Below are positions 1-11,790 of a stretch of 64,000 bases of DNA, one piece after another. The first letter of the stretch is position 1. Each line of letters begins with the position of its first letter. Origin of the DNA: Torpedo marmorata (lineage: Eukaryota); NCBI GenBank assembly GCA_977017645.1, contig OZ360231.1:63240001-63304000 (forward strand). The letters run 5' to 3'. A program made the position numbers and the translations under genes. A model generated the notes under the pieces. It was not told the DNA's origin. It did not search any database and saw only the letters and a list, made by a program, of their open reading frames with translations.

Positions 1-225
1 GATCCTCGGAGATATTGACACCCAGGAATTTGAAGTTCTTGACCCTCTCCACTACTGAGCCCTCGATGAGGACTGGGTCGTGTTCCCCTGACTTCCTCCT
101 GAAGTCCACAATCATCTCCTTGGTTTTACTGACGTTGAGCGCAAGGTTGTTGTCGTTACACCATTCAACGAGCTGATCTATCTCCCTCCTGTATGCTTCC
201 TCATTGCCGTTTGTGATCTGCTGAG
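1..225 (-). mobile_element. Rex1/Babar-like LINE fragment (RT C-terminal region), truncated by window edge
   Basis: Minus strand reads AYRREIDQLVEWCNDNNLALNVSKTKEMIVDFRRK...VERVKNFKFLGVNISED, typical of the Rex1/Babar RT end. Confidence 0.75.
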
Positions 226-739
226 AACTGCCGACAAAAGAGAAAGATCAAGCTAGAAGTGTGACAGTACATTTTACTTAGCAGGGAAGTCAGAATCCCA
301 AAGACTAAAGGTTCTGGAACTCCTGCCTGAAAGAACAGAAGAAACAGAAACTCTTGCCACCTGCATGAAGTACTCAGATCTGCACTGGAAGAGCTGGAAT
401 CAGGCAACTCTTTTTTGATGGCATGGATGTTATGGCCTGAATGGCTGCCTTCTTGTGTTATATGTTTCTGTGATTTTTATGAACAAATATTCACCTGAGG
501 CTCATGCAATTTGTTTGTACATTTGAAAAGCAATTAACATCATCAGTACTTCCATGCAGCACTCAGCATGAACCTGAACCTATAACCCATATGCATGATT
601 AGCCTACATATGGAGGCCACTGGGCTTCTAGCAGTGATCTCAATCACTGACATCAATTGACATCACTCCTACAAAAATAGAACATGTATACAGGCTTGAG
701 AAACTGTGTGGGACTTTGTTATAATTTTCCACTGCTTTC

Positions 740-965
740 AATGCATAGCCCAACCTTTGGATGACTGACGAAAAGGATATTTGAAGGTCATGATCACAAA
801 CTTTGCACAAAACTCACAGTCCACAGGAAGCAATGATCCCTGTGCTGCTACATGCTTCTGAGACCTGGACTATCATGACCAGGCAGCTTAAAACACTGGA
901 AAAATACCATCTCCAAATTCATTTGAAGGAAAAGCAAACCAATGTTCTGAGGCTTACATCCCCAG
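740..965 (+). mobile_element. Degraded RTE-like LINE fragment
   Basis: ORF 803..1003 contains IPVLLHASETWT (RTE LLYGSETWT motif); a related RTE 3' relic lies at about 1440-1660. Confidence 0.55.
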
Positions 966-999
966 TATTGAGGAAAGGGGTTACCCTTGGTCATCTAGG

Positions 1000-1195
1000 T
1001 TGAGACAAGATTTTGAGGATATAGGTTAAGGCTGAAAGGGGAAATGTTTAAATAGAACATTAGGGCGAACCTCTTCACGCAGAGAGTGGTGCGAGTGTGG
1101 AACGAGCTACCATCTTAAGTGGTGAATGCGAGCTCAATTTTGACATTTCAGCACAGACTAGATGGGCTGACAGGCCAGCTGCAGTGTTCTGTGGT
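1000..1195 (+). mobile_element. CR1-like LINE 3' end
   Basis: Contains TTCACGCAGAGAGTGGTGCGAGTGTGGAACGAGCT and GATGGGCTGA, the typical CR1 3' tail. Confidence 0.65.
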
Positions 1196-3074
1196 TCCAT
1201 GTGCAGCCTTACACATGCTGATTCATAATGGTCGTCCATCAAGCAGTGGTTAGCAACTCAAGAAACAATAGAATGTTTATGTGGTAGGTCAGACCCTTAA
1301 ATTGTATTCAGAATGACATCATGTTCCACTGATGAATTGATTCTCTCTTATACCTTGGATATCCTTGAAAATTTATGCTGTAGTGTTCTATGGTTTTATG
1401 GGCTGTTCACATGTCCAACTGTTTATCAGGAGCTTTGTTGTGGGAAGACAATACCAGGCAGTCATAGATTCAAGGGTGTCCTCAAAGTCTTCTTTAAGAA
1501 ATGCGACACCCCTACTGACTCCTGGACATCTCTGGCCTACAACCACTCAAAGTGGGGCAGGAGCATTGTACAGAGAGTCTCCAGGTAATGCATCAGGAAC
1601 ATTTGGAGGCACAGACTGCCTCACTGGCCATCCACTCACCTGCTCTGTTAGCCATCACCTGCTCAACCTGTGGATGACTTTGCAGTTTCTGCATTGGCCT
1701 CATTAGCCACTGCAAAACCGACAAAATGGCATGGAAATGAGTCATCCCAAGAAGTAGACCTTAATGGGAGAATAGAATCAGGCTCAAATACGTTAAAGGG
1801 CCTGTCCCTACATAAGCCAGTGTACGGGAGCTCACCAATGAAATGGCAAAGAACGTTTACAATGGACCTCCAAGCTATAGCCACATTCTTTCTTTCAGGG
1901 AGGTGGTTCACCCTGTGTATCTCCACCACCAAGATTCCATTGAATGAGGCTGCCATTCCAGGTTTGGCCATTCATATGAAGGCTAGCTACATGGACTACC
2001 AGTTGCTAGTCAGAACCTTTGTTATTAGGGACTCTTGCCATATACGTTTGTACCTTGTAAGTAACTCCTCAAAGTGTGCACAGTTCCTGAATATAACCAG
2101 ACTAAAGATTTAGGATCCAGAAGACTTCTGCTCCTCGCACAATGCACGTGCACGAAACAATAATTCTTCATCCACAGTCCTATACGAGAAATAGCAGCCC
2201 AGTTTCATCAAGGGTTTCCAAGCAATATGCAATATCTAGCACACAAGCCCCCCACCACCGAAACCAATTTTTCAGTGGGATTCTGACCGAGGCATTCAGT
2301 AATAATCCTGCCATCAGCAACTTTGCACCATTGGCTCCTCAGCCCAATACATACCCCAAGTGTACGAACCTCCAGGCCTTTTACAATACATTCCATTTTG
2401 AAATTATAGTACATCTTACAAATCATATTAAAGCACAAAGACGTCATTTCTGAAACAACTGTTCACTATTTAACTGACCCGTTTACTGTGCTATTAAGTC
2501 CCCTCTGCTTCCGTTCATTGCAAATAATTTGATAATATTCTTTTCCTAAGAAACATATCCTTGTAATCAATGAAAACATTATTGCATGAAGCTTGATTTG
2601 GTTTTGTGCATGAGCAATCAGCAGGCTTGATTTAGTTCTGGAAATTCTGAGCTCTCTCAAATCCAATGTTACCTCCCCAGTGGTTCAAGGATACCAGTGG
2701 CTGGAATTTGTCCCATTGATATTAGACAGTACGAGTGGTCCCCACAGCCCACCTACCCTCAATTTTTTATTGACTTATTATTTACTGATTAAAATCCCAA
2801 AACTAATTTGAAAAAAAATCTTTATTAATGGTTGCTGTCCTATTTGAGCGTCCTACTACAGTATTGCTGAGACCTATTCATACTGATCATTGTGCATTGT
2901 AATGAGCAGTATGAACAGCCGAGAACACAGAAGTATTTTTACATGAAGTTCACGATCCTTTCTTTATTGTCATGGACACAAGTACATAAAATTTGTTTTC
3001 CTTTGTTTGATCTGTAAAAGCACACAAAGTTGTCACCACGAGTTCAGTCCCCCTATCAAGACAAGAAACAGAAG

Positions 3075-3315
3075 CAAAATAGCGAAACGCTATTACAGCA
3101 CCAGCGACCGAGGTTCGTATCCTTCGCTGTCTGTAAGGAGTTTGTATATTCACCCCGTGTCTGCATGGGTTTCTTCCGTGTGCTCTAGTTTTCTCGCACA
3201 TTCCAAAGATGTACGGGGTCAGTAGGTAATTGGTCACATAGGTGCATTTGGTGGTGCAGGCTCATGGGCCAAAAGAGCCTGTTACTGTGCTGTATCTCTT
3301 AAATTAAAAATAAAA
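3075..3315 (+). mobile_element. tRNA-derived V-SINE (HE1-like)
   Basis: B-box-like GGTTCGTATCC followed by V-domain CTGTCTGTAAGGAGTTTGTATATTCACCCCGTGTCTGCATGGGTTTC and an AT-rich tail. Confidence 0.75.
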
Positions 3316-3584
3316 TCCCTTCATAGAGTGTGTGCGATTTCACCACCATCTCCTCGGGATAGAAAATGGTCATAAAATGGACTCCTTTCCCTTAAAGTGA
3401 TTTATTCAGCTGATGACTTAATGGTGTGTTTGCATCTATCTATTTCAGGGCATTTCTTTCCTGCTGATGTTCTGGTTTGACTCAATGAGAGTACCGAGCA
3501 CTAGGACCAAACCTTCCTGCCCCACTCTTTTGCACCTAGCTACAATTTTGCAGCAGGAGATACAAAAGGACTGTGTGTATTAGC

Positions 3585-3720
3585 CTCCAGAGAGCTGACC
3601 TTCCCAATCTTATTGCAGCTTTAGTCCAAACCTGGAGTAAAGGACTGATTTCCAGAGGTGACAAGAGAATAATTGCCTTTGACACTGAGGCAGCTGCTGG
3701 CAGAGTGACAACAGAAGCCG
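3585..3720 (+). mobile_element. Old CR1/Jockey-group LINE RT relic
   Basis: PNLIAALVQTWSKGLISRGDKRIIAFD resembles RT region APDLITALVQTWTKEL...TALDIKAAFD; a sister relic lies on minus at about 5110-5410 (TALDIKASFDR). Confidence 0.55.
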
Positions 3721-4289
3721 CGATCAAAGTCTGGGAGAAATCCCTCAGTAGTTATGGTGTTGCCCAGCCCAAAATGCTGGGAAGTAATGGAGGGGAGCAG
3801 TGATCACAATGTATTCATTTTTCAGGATCTGGGGGTTTCTGGCAAAAACCAGCAGGTATTGCCCATCACTAACTGCCCTTATAGAGTGCTGGAGAGCCAC
3901 TTCTTGAGCTGCAGGTGAAGGTACTCCCATAGTGGCTCATCTGCACTTCCTCGGATGAAGTAGTCATCTGCAGTGACACATGCCAAAACCTGGACATCAC
4001 CCAGTTTAAATAAAAATTAGCAGCACTGTTGGTTCACCCAATGTAAATGCTCTGTCAGTGGGCGTCACAGGGACTGCACTGGTAGAGTTTGGCCTGAATT
4101 GTCCGTGCAGATCAGCCAGAATGCTTGAGACTTTCTCATTGGAATTTGAAAGGTTAAAGGCTCCCACTCTTAGAAATGTTAGCAGTTCCACAGAGAGCTC
4201 CTGGCAAATTGCAGGAAAATATGCTGACTAGGCAGATGAAAGGGGGCAACTGGAATGATTAAAATGGCCAAGCAGCTTCAGGAGAGGAA

Positions 4290-4480
4290 AGTTAAACAAG
4301 AAAGTCTGCAGATGCAGGGGTTCAGTGCAATATACAAATATGTTGGAGAAACTCAGCAGGTCATTCAGCATCTATAGGAAGTAAACCTTGACGAGGGCTC
4401 AGGCCCGAAACGATGGCTATACTTTTCTTCCAAAAGATGCTGTGATCTGCTGAGTTTCTCCAGCACTTTTGTGTATTCTT
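4290..4480. mobile_element. Penelope-3'-end-derived short element (palindromic, hammerhead-like core)
   Basis: Inverted ends GGAGAAACTCAGCAGG / CTGCTGAGTTTCTCC around CCTTGACGAGGGCTCAGGCCCGAAACG; a further copy at about 4745-4880. Confidence 0.65.
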
Positions 4481-5774
4481 TCAGGAGAGGAGGTGTTGAT
4501 TTGCTCAACTGCAGCACCCACTGGAGGATAGAAACTGCACTTACATGGCAATCCAGTGAAAAACATTAAGCAAAAAAAAACAACCTTGTTTTTGTAACAC
4601 AAGCAGCATAAAATATTCAGCAGTGAAGTGATTATTTTTGCTTCATTTCAGCACAACCCATTGTTATTAAATTGCATTTTCATATTCTCTTTCAAGGACA
4701 CCACCCCTTTCTCCCAATTCCTCCGCCGTATCTATTCCCAGGATCAAAAGGCTCAAGCCCAAAATGTTGGTTATGTATCTTTATCTTTGCTATATAAAAT
4801 ACACAGTTTGACCTGCTGAGTTTCTCCAGCATTGTGTTTTTACTTCAATCACAGTGTCTGCAGACTTTCATGTTTTACTCCTGTTCCCAGGATGAGGCTT
4901 TCCACTCCTGGACATCCAAAATGTCCTCTTCCTTTACTAAACATGGATTCTTCCTTTACTAAACATGGATTCTTCCTTACTGTCATTGATGAAGCCTGTA
5001 CCTTCACCTCCTCCATTTCTCATAGAGTGAGGCTAAACGTAAACATAGTGGCTTCAGACACTGATCTAAGGAGTTGCAGCAGCAATATCCAAGGCTTTAT
5101 TAACGACTTCTGATCACTACAACCAGCTTTTTCTGTGAAGCATGACTGCAGCCATTGGAGCACTTTCCCTTTGCCCGTAAGCTTTGGTTTTACAAGGGTA
5201 CCTTGATGACACTTTCTGTCAAATGATGCCTTGATGTCAAGGGCAGTCATATTCACCTCACCTCTGGAACTCAGCTCTTATCGTTCTTTGAAGCAACACT
5301 ATGATGAGTGGGGTCATCCTGGTGAAATCCATACTCTGTGTCAGCGAGCCAGTTATGTAGAGTGAATGCTGCTTGGTGGCACTGCTGCGTGCATCTTCCA
5401 TCACTGTACAATAATTAGTTAGTAATTGGCCAAACTGGATTTGTAATGAGGCATCAAGTATAAGAGTTGGGACATCATGTTGCAACTGTACAAAATGTGA
5501 GTCAGGCAACACTTCGAATATTGTGGATGGTTCAGGCTGCCACACTACAGGAAAGATGTGGTACATTAGAAAGAATGCAGAACAGGGTCACCAGGATGTT
5601 GCCCAATATGAAGGGCTTAATAGCATCATCCAGATTGTAAAAGGCTGCAGCTACATGGGAGTACATGGGATGTTGCCCAATATGGAGAGCTTAAGGATTC
5701 AATTGGCTTGGTTCTTACTGGAACATGGGAGGGTGATGGGTAACCTTAGGGAAATTTATAAAATGATTAAGTTA

Positions 5775-6032
5775 ATTTATATAAATTTAGACATACAGCA
5801 CGGTAACAGGCCATTTTGGCCCACGAGTCCGTGCCGCCCAATTTACACCCAATTAACCTACACCCCAGGTATGTTTTGAACGGTGGGAGGAAACCAGAGC
5901 CCCCGGGGAAAACCCACGCAGACACGGGGAGAACATACAAACTCCTTACAGACAGCGCAGGATTCTAACCCCGGTCCTGATCACTGGCACTGTAAAGGCA
6001 TTGTTGTAACCGCTACGCCAACCGTGCCGCCC
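5775..6032 (-). mobile_element. tRNA-derived V-SINE (HE1-like)
   Basis: Minus strand starts GGGCGGCACGGTTGGCGTAGCGGTT (A-box), has B-box GGTTAGAATCC, V-domain and TCTAAATTT tail. Confidence 0.85.
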
Positions 6033-6075
6033 ATAAGGGACATAGAGAGTCAGTCTTTTGCTCAGGGTGGGGGAG

Positions 6076-6704
6076 TGTGTTGGTAGGAACAAGTTCAGAG
6101 GGTTCAAGAAGTAACGAGTCGACATGGTTTACTGACAAACAATAATCTTTATTTACACGCGGGGGGAATTTGCAACAGAGAACACACACACCTGACAACT
6201 AAGTCCGATAATCGCTACTCCCAACACATCACTACTAATCGCTAGTCCTGCATGTGGACGCAAATATTTAAACTAACAGTATCCACCAACCCCTGATCAC
6301 TAGCAGGCATGGCACCCTGATTCACTAGAAGGCATATCTAACTGTAAACAATGAGTATGATGCGACAGTCTTGCTCGGGTATGCGCCACAATCGCCCTCT
6401 ACCGGCTCACACCTTACAACTAGTTCTCCAGTGTCGCCCACGGCTCACACATGGAGTGGAGCGAGGGTTCATTCCCAGCGGGAAAAAAAAAGAGTTCCTC
6501 CATGTGATGGGCTTTACACTGCATATGGCTGGGGGGGGGGTGGGAGAAGGGGGCGGCTCAGGTGTGCTCACATGATCCAAGGTATCAAGGAGACCCAATT
6601 GCAAGGTGTGGCCTCGCCTGTGGGTGGATCTGACCTTGATTGGCAGGTGAGGTGACTTCCAACCAGGTTCCTGCCGCAGAGGTCAGGTGACCCTCCGTAT
6701 AATA
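6076..6704 (-). mobile_element. Probable solo LTR inserted in CR1 fragment
   Basis: About 630 bp, starts TGT, ends ATA, flanked by GGGAG direct repeats (6071-6075, 6705-6709); AATAAA on the minus strand near 6150. Confidence 0.5.
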
Positions 6705-6996
6705 GGGAGTCTCACATTGAGACAGGAAGCATTGTTTTGAGGTGAAAAGAGACAACTTTAATAGCGATCAGAGGGACAAGTTATTCACACAGAGGATAGA
6801 GGTCACATGGATCAAGCTTCCAGAGGAGATGGTAGAAGCACATGCGATGTTTAAAAGACATTTGGAAAGGTACTTGGATAGGAAGGGAGTAGAGACATAT
6901 CTGGGATTGTTAGATGTTGTATTAAGGGATAAGAAGAAAGGACAGATATCAGGCATAATTTCAATGGATGGTAGAACAGAGTTGAGGAACTAAATG

Positions 6997-7468
6997 ACCT
7001 ATTCCATCTGAGCTGCTGAGTTTTTGTAGCAAGGCAGATTGGAGGAAAAACTTGGCAAGCTGACCTTATAGTACAGCCTCCGCAGGATGGACAGAGATCT
7101 GGCTGGTTTCCATCTGCCAACTCCGAGGATTAACAACCCCAACAGAAGACCATCTGTTTCACTCATCAGAAGTATGGCAACCTTTTGGTTGATCCCGTCA
7201 CAACAATTTTTGTTTTGGGTCAAACTCTGGTCTCAATTAATTGAACTGATCATACCAGTTGCGACAGCAAGATTAAAAACAGGTGGCATTGCACTGTGGG
7301 ATTTCTGGAGAGCCAGATGCAATACAATTACTGCTTACACCACACTGCTGAGCTCTATCTCGCAAACAGGTGGCAATCCCGAGCAGAACCAGCTTGTACT
7401 GAAAGTTATATTACAAGGATTTTGAGTTGTTTTGGCAGGCCCTTGCAGGCACTGAAATTCGAGACATG
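6997..7468 (-). pseudogene. Possible decayed EWI-family Ig-V exon
   Basis: Minus frame IELSSVV*AVIVLHLALQKS...MISSIN*DQSLTQNKNCCDGINQKVAILLMSETDGLLLGLL matches the spacing of PTGFRN domain 4 (IAKMDQDWTLKLSDQYNERAEKGEVTFMKTKRHSFSFQM); it contains stops. Confidence 0.35.
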
Positions 7469-8342
7469 CAGGAAAAAATAAGCAAAATATACACGTGATC
7501 ATGATATGCCAATTCTGATGTTGCTGATCAAATTCCATTCACAACTTAAACATTCGCCACCTTAGTCACTTGCACTATAGAACAACCCTTTGGTACTACC
7601 AACAAGGTACAGTACCTCTCAAATTCACATCCTGGATCATTCGGATTGCAAAAGGCTTCAGGTACATGGGAGCAGCACAATATCTTGACCTGGAAACGTA
7701 TCATCATACCATCTTCGACGCTCGATCTAAATACTGAAACTCCCTGCTGAACAGGACTTCAACGGAAAGCAGGCAGGGCTCAAAAGGATGATTAGGGATG
7801 AGCAATGAATGCCAGCCTTGTCTGCATTTCCAACATTATGAATGAAAAATGAGGATAAATTCCCCCGGCAGAACTAAGTTCAAATGATATCAAAAGTTAA
7901 AATACTAAGTCTACTTTTTTTTTATGATGGATGTGGAGGTAAAATAAATCACTTAATTTATGAGCCAGAGATTATATTATTCAACACTAACTTTACTTTT
8001 GCATTGTGGAGATCTCAGTAGATAAATGTTTACTGCTGAGCTCCTGTGACCTGCTGTCCAAGAGGCAGTGAACCAGTAAACAGTGCAGCCCTTCTGAAAG
8101 TTGCTACTCTGTGCTATCAGAACCATTACTCATATCAACAAGTTAATGGAGGTGCTGAAACAATCTGAAATAACTTCTAAAATTGAAATTCACCACAAGG
8201 GACTTTTGGCTTGTTAGCTTTCTCATTATCTGGGTATGTTTTGCTTGCTAGCTATTGCACATTTTTGTATTTTCAAAACCGGCTCATAAACTGGAGAAGT
8301 GTTCTCATGTTACTTCTTCTCGTGCTTTATATGAATATGTCC

Positions 8343-8963
8343 TGTAAGAGCCGTAGGCTCGTTTACTTACCGTTGTTGCGGCGCTCCGATGTCTTGTCGG
8401 GCCTTGGAGCGCCGCGTAGTTGTTGTGGATGTTGCTGGGCCGTCCTCGGCCCGTTCGGAGCGCTCGCGTTGTCTGCGGGCCGCTATCAGCCCGTTCTTTG
8501 ATATGCGCATGCGCGGGAGTGCCGACGGGCACATGCGCAGTATGGAGCGACGTCATTGTGCGCGTGGGAGGCTGGGAGTTGTAGTATGCGCGGGGTAGGA
8601 TGCGCAGAGCCATTAAAGAGAGAGAGAACAAGAAAGGAAAAGATGTATGGAGGGTGAGTCTGGTCTCCACATCTTTATTGACCGTTTTATATCGAGTTAT
8701 AATGTTTTTATAACTTCAACATCATCTACAGTGTTTCATATCGTTTTGGAATTGTTTAAGGAATAATTTAAAGGAACTCATCATACATCGTTTACAAGAA
8801 CTGTTTATATTAAAGTCATTGAAGATTACTGCAAGTCATGTGTGAAAATAAAGGTTTTGAACATATTGGACTTTGTTAGTAAATTAATTAAAACGCGTCA
8901 AAAGCAAGGACCACACTTAGCCTCCAGGTGACTATTGGTGGAGCGAAGTCACCGTTACTTATA
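8343..8963 (+). repeat. 5' LTR of BEL/Pao element
   Basis: TGTAAG...CTTATA; direct repeat of 13552-14172 with two visible substitutions (8531/13740, 8591/13800). Confidence 0.95.
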
Positions 8964-9408
8964 GTCAATAAAGGGCTGGCTGTTTGGAACAGAAGTTTGA
9001 AGGAAAGAAGATAGAAAAAACTCTCTGTGCTTTGGACTGATATAAATGGTGGCCATTTTGGAGATGCCTCCAGTTGGGGGCAGTTTGTAATCCACTTCCA
9101 TCTGCCATGAATAACAGCCAGAGAGGGATTTAAAGCTTCAAATCTTATAATAAAGTGTCCTATAAATACGTTGGAGAAACTATTTTTGGAAAATCAGTGA
9201 TATTAGTGACGGATGTTGTGGTTGAAACTCGTTTGTGGATTGCAGCACATTACAGTCATTTGAAGTGGTAGGCATAAGTCTGTGGACTCCTTCTGTGTAT
9301 CTTTAGCAAGTAAGAACACAGATTGGAATTGCTGCCGCTGGTCCATTGGGGACTGTTGTTTGACTAGTGTTGTGTATGCTTGAAGGAAAGAGGAACAAGA
9401 CGAGTAAA

Positions 9409-11790
9409 ATGGCCGCAGCAGCCACTGATACAGCAGCTACTGATATATCAGCAGCTGACGCAGCAACCGCTGATGTTGCTGTTGAGGACCAACGTATTGA
9501 AGACATGAAGGTTTCAGATATTAAAGAAGAATTGAAGCGACTGAATAAGGACATAAGTGGAAATAAAAAGGTTCTTATTGAAAGATTGAAGCAGGCAAAG
9601 GATGAAGAGGCAGCTTTATTAGTGGAACAAGAAGATAACTTGGAAATGGCTGAAATTGTATCAACAAATGATGAACAATTTGAATTGGATAAAGAGGTAA
9701 GTATGAAGACAACATATGAACTGCAGGACGAAATACAAGCAAGTGACAGTGTCTCAAATGCTGAAAGCAGGAGAAGCAAAAGAAGTTCTGGTTCAAGCTC
9801 CAGAGTTTCTCGTACTTCAAGTTCTGCATCGTCACGTACAAAGGTTGATGTTAAATTGGCTGCTCTTCTTGCACAACAAAAAACTCTTAAGGATAAATTT
9901 ATTTTAGAACAAGAGGAGGAGCGGAAAAGACAAGAGGAGGAGCAGATAAGACAAAATGAGAATCAGCTAAAGGAGCGGCTAAGACAAGAAAAGGAGCAGC
10001 TAAGACAAGAGAAGGAGCAGCTAAGACAGAGAAAAGAACAGCAGGAGCTGGAAGCAAACATTGCTATTGCCAAGGCAGAAAAGAAAGCAATAGAAGGTTC
10101 AATGGTATCTGGTGTTAGCAGTAAATCATCTAAATTGTCTAATAATAAAAGGTCATATTTAAAAAAGGAGTCACAGGAAAAGAAACCAACCAAAAGGATA
10201 GATATTTTAGAACCAAGGATACAAAACTTACATATACAAGGACAAACCTTTCACGAGCATATTGGTATCGAGTCACATGTACCATTAGTAACATCTGAAA
10301 GCAAAGCTGCGGATTGGGTACGGCCGAACGAAGCAGCTTCTTTGTTATATGAGTCAAGCATCAGAAATATGGAAGAAACTACACCAGTAAGGTTTCCAGA
10401 TACATTGCATACAACACGAGACAGTGAACAGAGTAATGTATTGAAATCCAAGGAAAGACAAAATGAAATTGCTGCATCATTGTTTCAGTTACAGTCTCTC
10501 TCTTCTTTACCCAAGAAAGAGATACAAACTTTTGATGGTGATCCACTTCAATATCAATCGTTTATGAGATCTTTCAAACGCAATATTGAAGATAAATGCC
10601 AAGATCGAGATGAATGTCTTTATTATTTGGAAATGTTCACAAAGGGACATCCAAAAGAACTGGTAAAAAGTTGTAACCAAATGTCTTCAGGAAGAGGATT
10701 AGACAAAGCTAAGGCTTTATTGGAACAATATTTTGGCAACAAACATCGAATTGCTTTAGCTTATATGGATAAAGCTCTTAAATGGACATCAATAAAACAA
10801 AATGATGTAAAGGCTTTGCAAGAGTTTACTCTGTTTTTAAGAGGATGTTGTAATGCTATGGAAGAAATCGATGGTATTCGTGAGCTTGATGTGCATAGTA
10901 ATATGCGAATCATTTTAGAAAAATTACCTTACAAGGTATGGGATAGATGGAGAAATTTGGCTTGTGATTTACAAGTAAATTACGGTCGAAAAATTACTTT
11001 AAAGGATTTGGTAAATTTTCTTGAACGACAAGTGTATGTTGAAACAGATCCACTATATGGAAATACCAGAGATAATTCAATGAGCAAAGATGTAAGGAAG
11101 TCTAATTCACAGTCTAGTCCGAAAATGAAAAGGAGTACGTTTGCTACTAATGTGTCAGTTATAAATAAGGAAAAGGAAAGTTCTGATAAAAAGAGTTGTT
11201 TGTTCTGTAAAGGTGGACATACTTTAGAAATGTGTTTACGATTGGAAAAGAAGGAACATAAGGAAAAGATCGCTTTCTTAAAGGAAAATGGGATATGTTT
11301 TAGCTGTTTGTGTAAAGGGCACATCAGTAAAAACTGCGAGAAGCGAATTAATTGTAACATATGCAATTTGAAACATCCTAGAATTTTGCATATCCATAAC
11401 AGAAACAAGGAATTGGAAAAGGAGCAAACAGAAACAAAGGAAACAACAGAAAATAATGTTATAACCTCGGTTCAGACAAGTGGTCTTACTGGGGCCGGGG
11501 TGAATAACTGCAAACTTTCAATAGTACCTGTACAAGTCAAAGCCAAGAAAGGGGATGCAATAGTAAAAACATATGCATTTCTAGACCCAGGCAGCACTGC
11601 ATCTTTTTGCACGGAAGGACTAATGAATAAACTTAATATTCAAGGAAAAAGATCAAGAATTATGTTAAAAACCATGGGTCAAGAAAAGGTTGTTGAAACT
11701 AACATTGTTTCTGGCTTAGAGGTTGCTGGATTGGATGACAAAAATTTTGTGATCTTCCAAGTGTATATACTCAGAAGACTATGCCTGTGA
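9409..11790 (+). CDS. BEL/Pao Gag-protease polyprotein: N-terminal SAP-like domain, coiled coil, DUF1759-type capsid, zinc knuckles, aspartic protease
   Basis: IEDMKVSDIKEELKRLNKDISGNKKVLIERLK (SAP pattern); LPKKEIQTFDGDPLQYQSF; CLFCKGGHTLEMC, CFSCLCKGHISKNC, CNICNLKHPRILH; YAFLDPGSTASF. Start taken at the ATG at 9409 (ORF opens 9367). Confidence 0.9.
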   Translation: MAAAATDTAATDISAADAATADVAVEDQRIEDMKVSDIKEELKRLNKDISGNKKVLIERLKQAKDEEAALLVEQEDNLEMAEIVSTNDEQFELDKEVSMKTTYELQDEIQASDSVSNAESRRSKRSSGSSSRVSRTSSSASSRTKVDVKLAALLAQQKTLKDKFILEQEEERKRQEEEQIRQNENQLKERLRQEKEQLRQEKEQLRQRKEQQELEANIAIAKAEKKAIEGSMVSGVSSKSSKLSNNKRSYLKKESQEKKPTKRIDILEPRIQNLHIQGQTFHEHIGIESHVPLVTSESKAADWVRPNEAASLLYESSIRNMEETTPVRFPDTLHTTRDSEQSNVLKSKERQNEIAASLFQLQSLSSLPKKEIQTFDGDPLQYQSFMRSFKRNIEDKCQDRDECLYYLEMFTKGHPKELVKSCNQMSSGRGLDKAKALLEQYFGNKHRIALAYMDKALKWTSIKQNDVKALQEFTLFLRGCCNAMEEIDGIRELDVHSNMRIILEKLPYKVWDRWRNLACDLQVNYGRKITLKDLVNFLERQVYVETDPLYGNTRDNSMSKDVRKSNSQSSPKMKRSTFATNVSVINKEKESSDKKSCLFCKGGHTLEMCLRLEKKEHKEKIAFLKENGICFSCLCKGHISKNCEKRINCNICNLKHPRILHIHNRNKELEKEQTETKETTENNVITSVQTSGLTGAGVNNCKLSIVPVQVKAKKGDAIVKTYAFLDPGSTASFCTEGLMNKLNIQGKRSRIMLKTMGQEKVVETNIVSGLEVAGLDDKNFVIFQVYILRRLCL

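Larger units (their letters stand above)
5445..6900 (+). mobile_element. CR1-like LINE 3' fragment interrupted by a V-SINE and a probable solo LTR
   Basis: GAGTATAAGAGTTGGGACATCATGTTGCAACTGTACAAA...TTCACACAGAGG...AGCTTCCAGAGGAGATGGTAGA CR1 motifs resume after each insertion. Confidence 0.65.
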
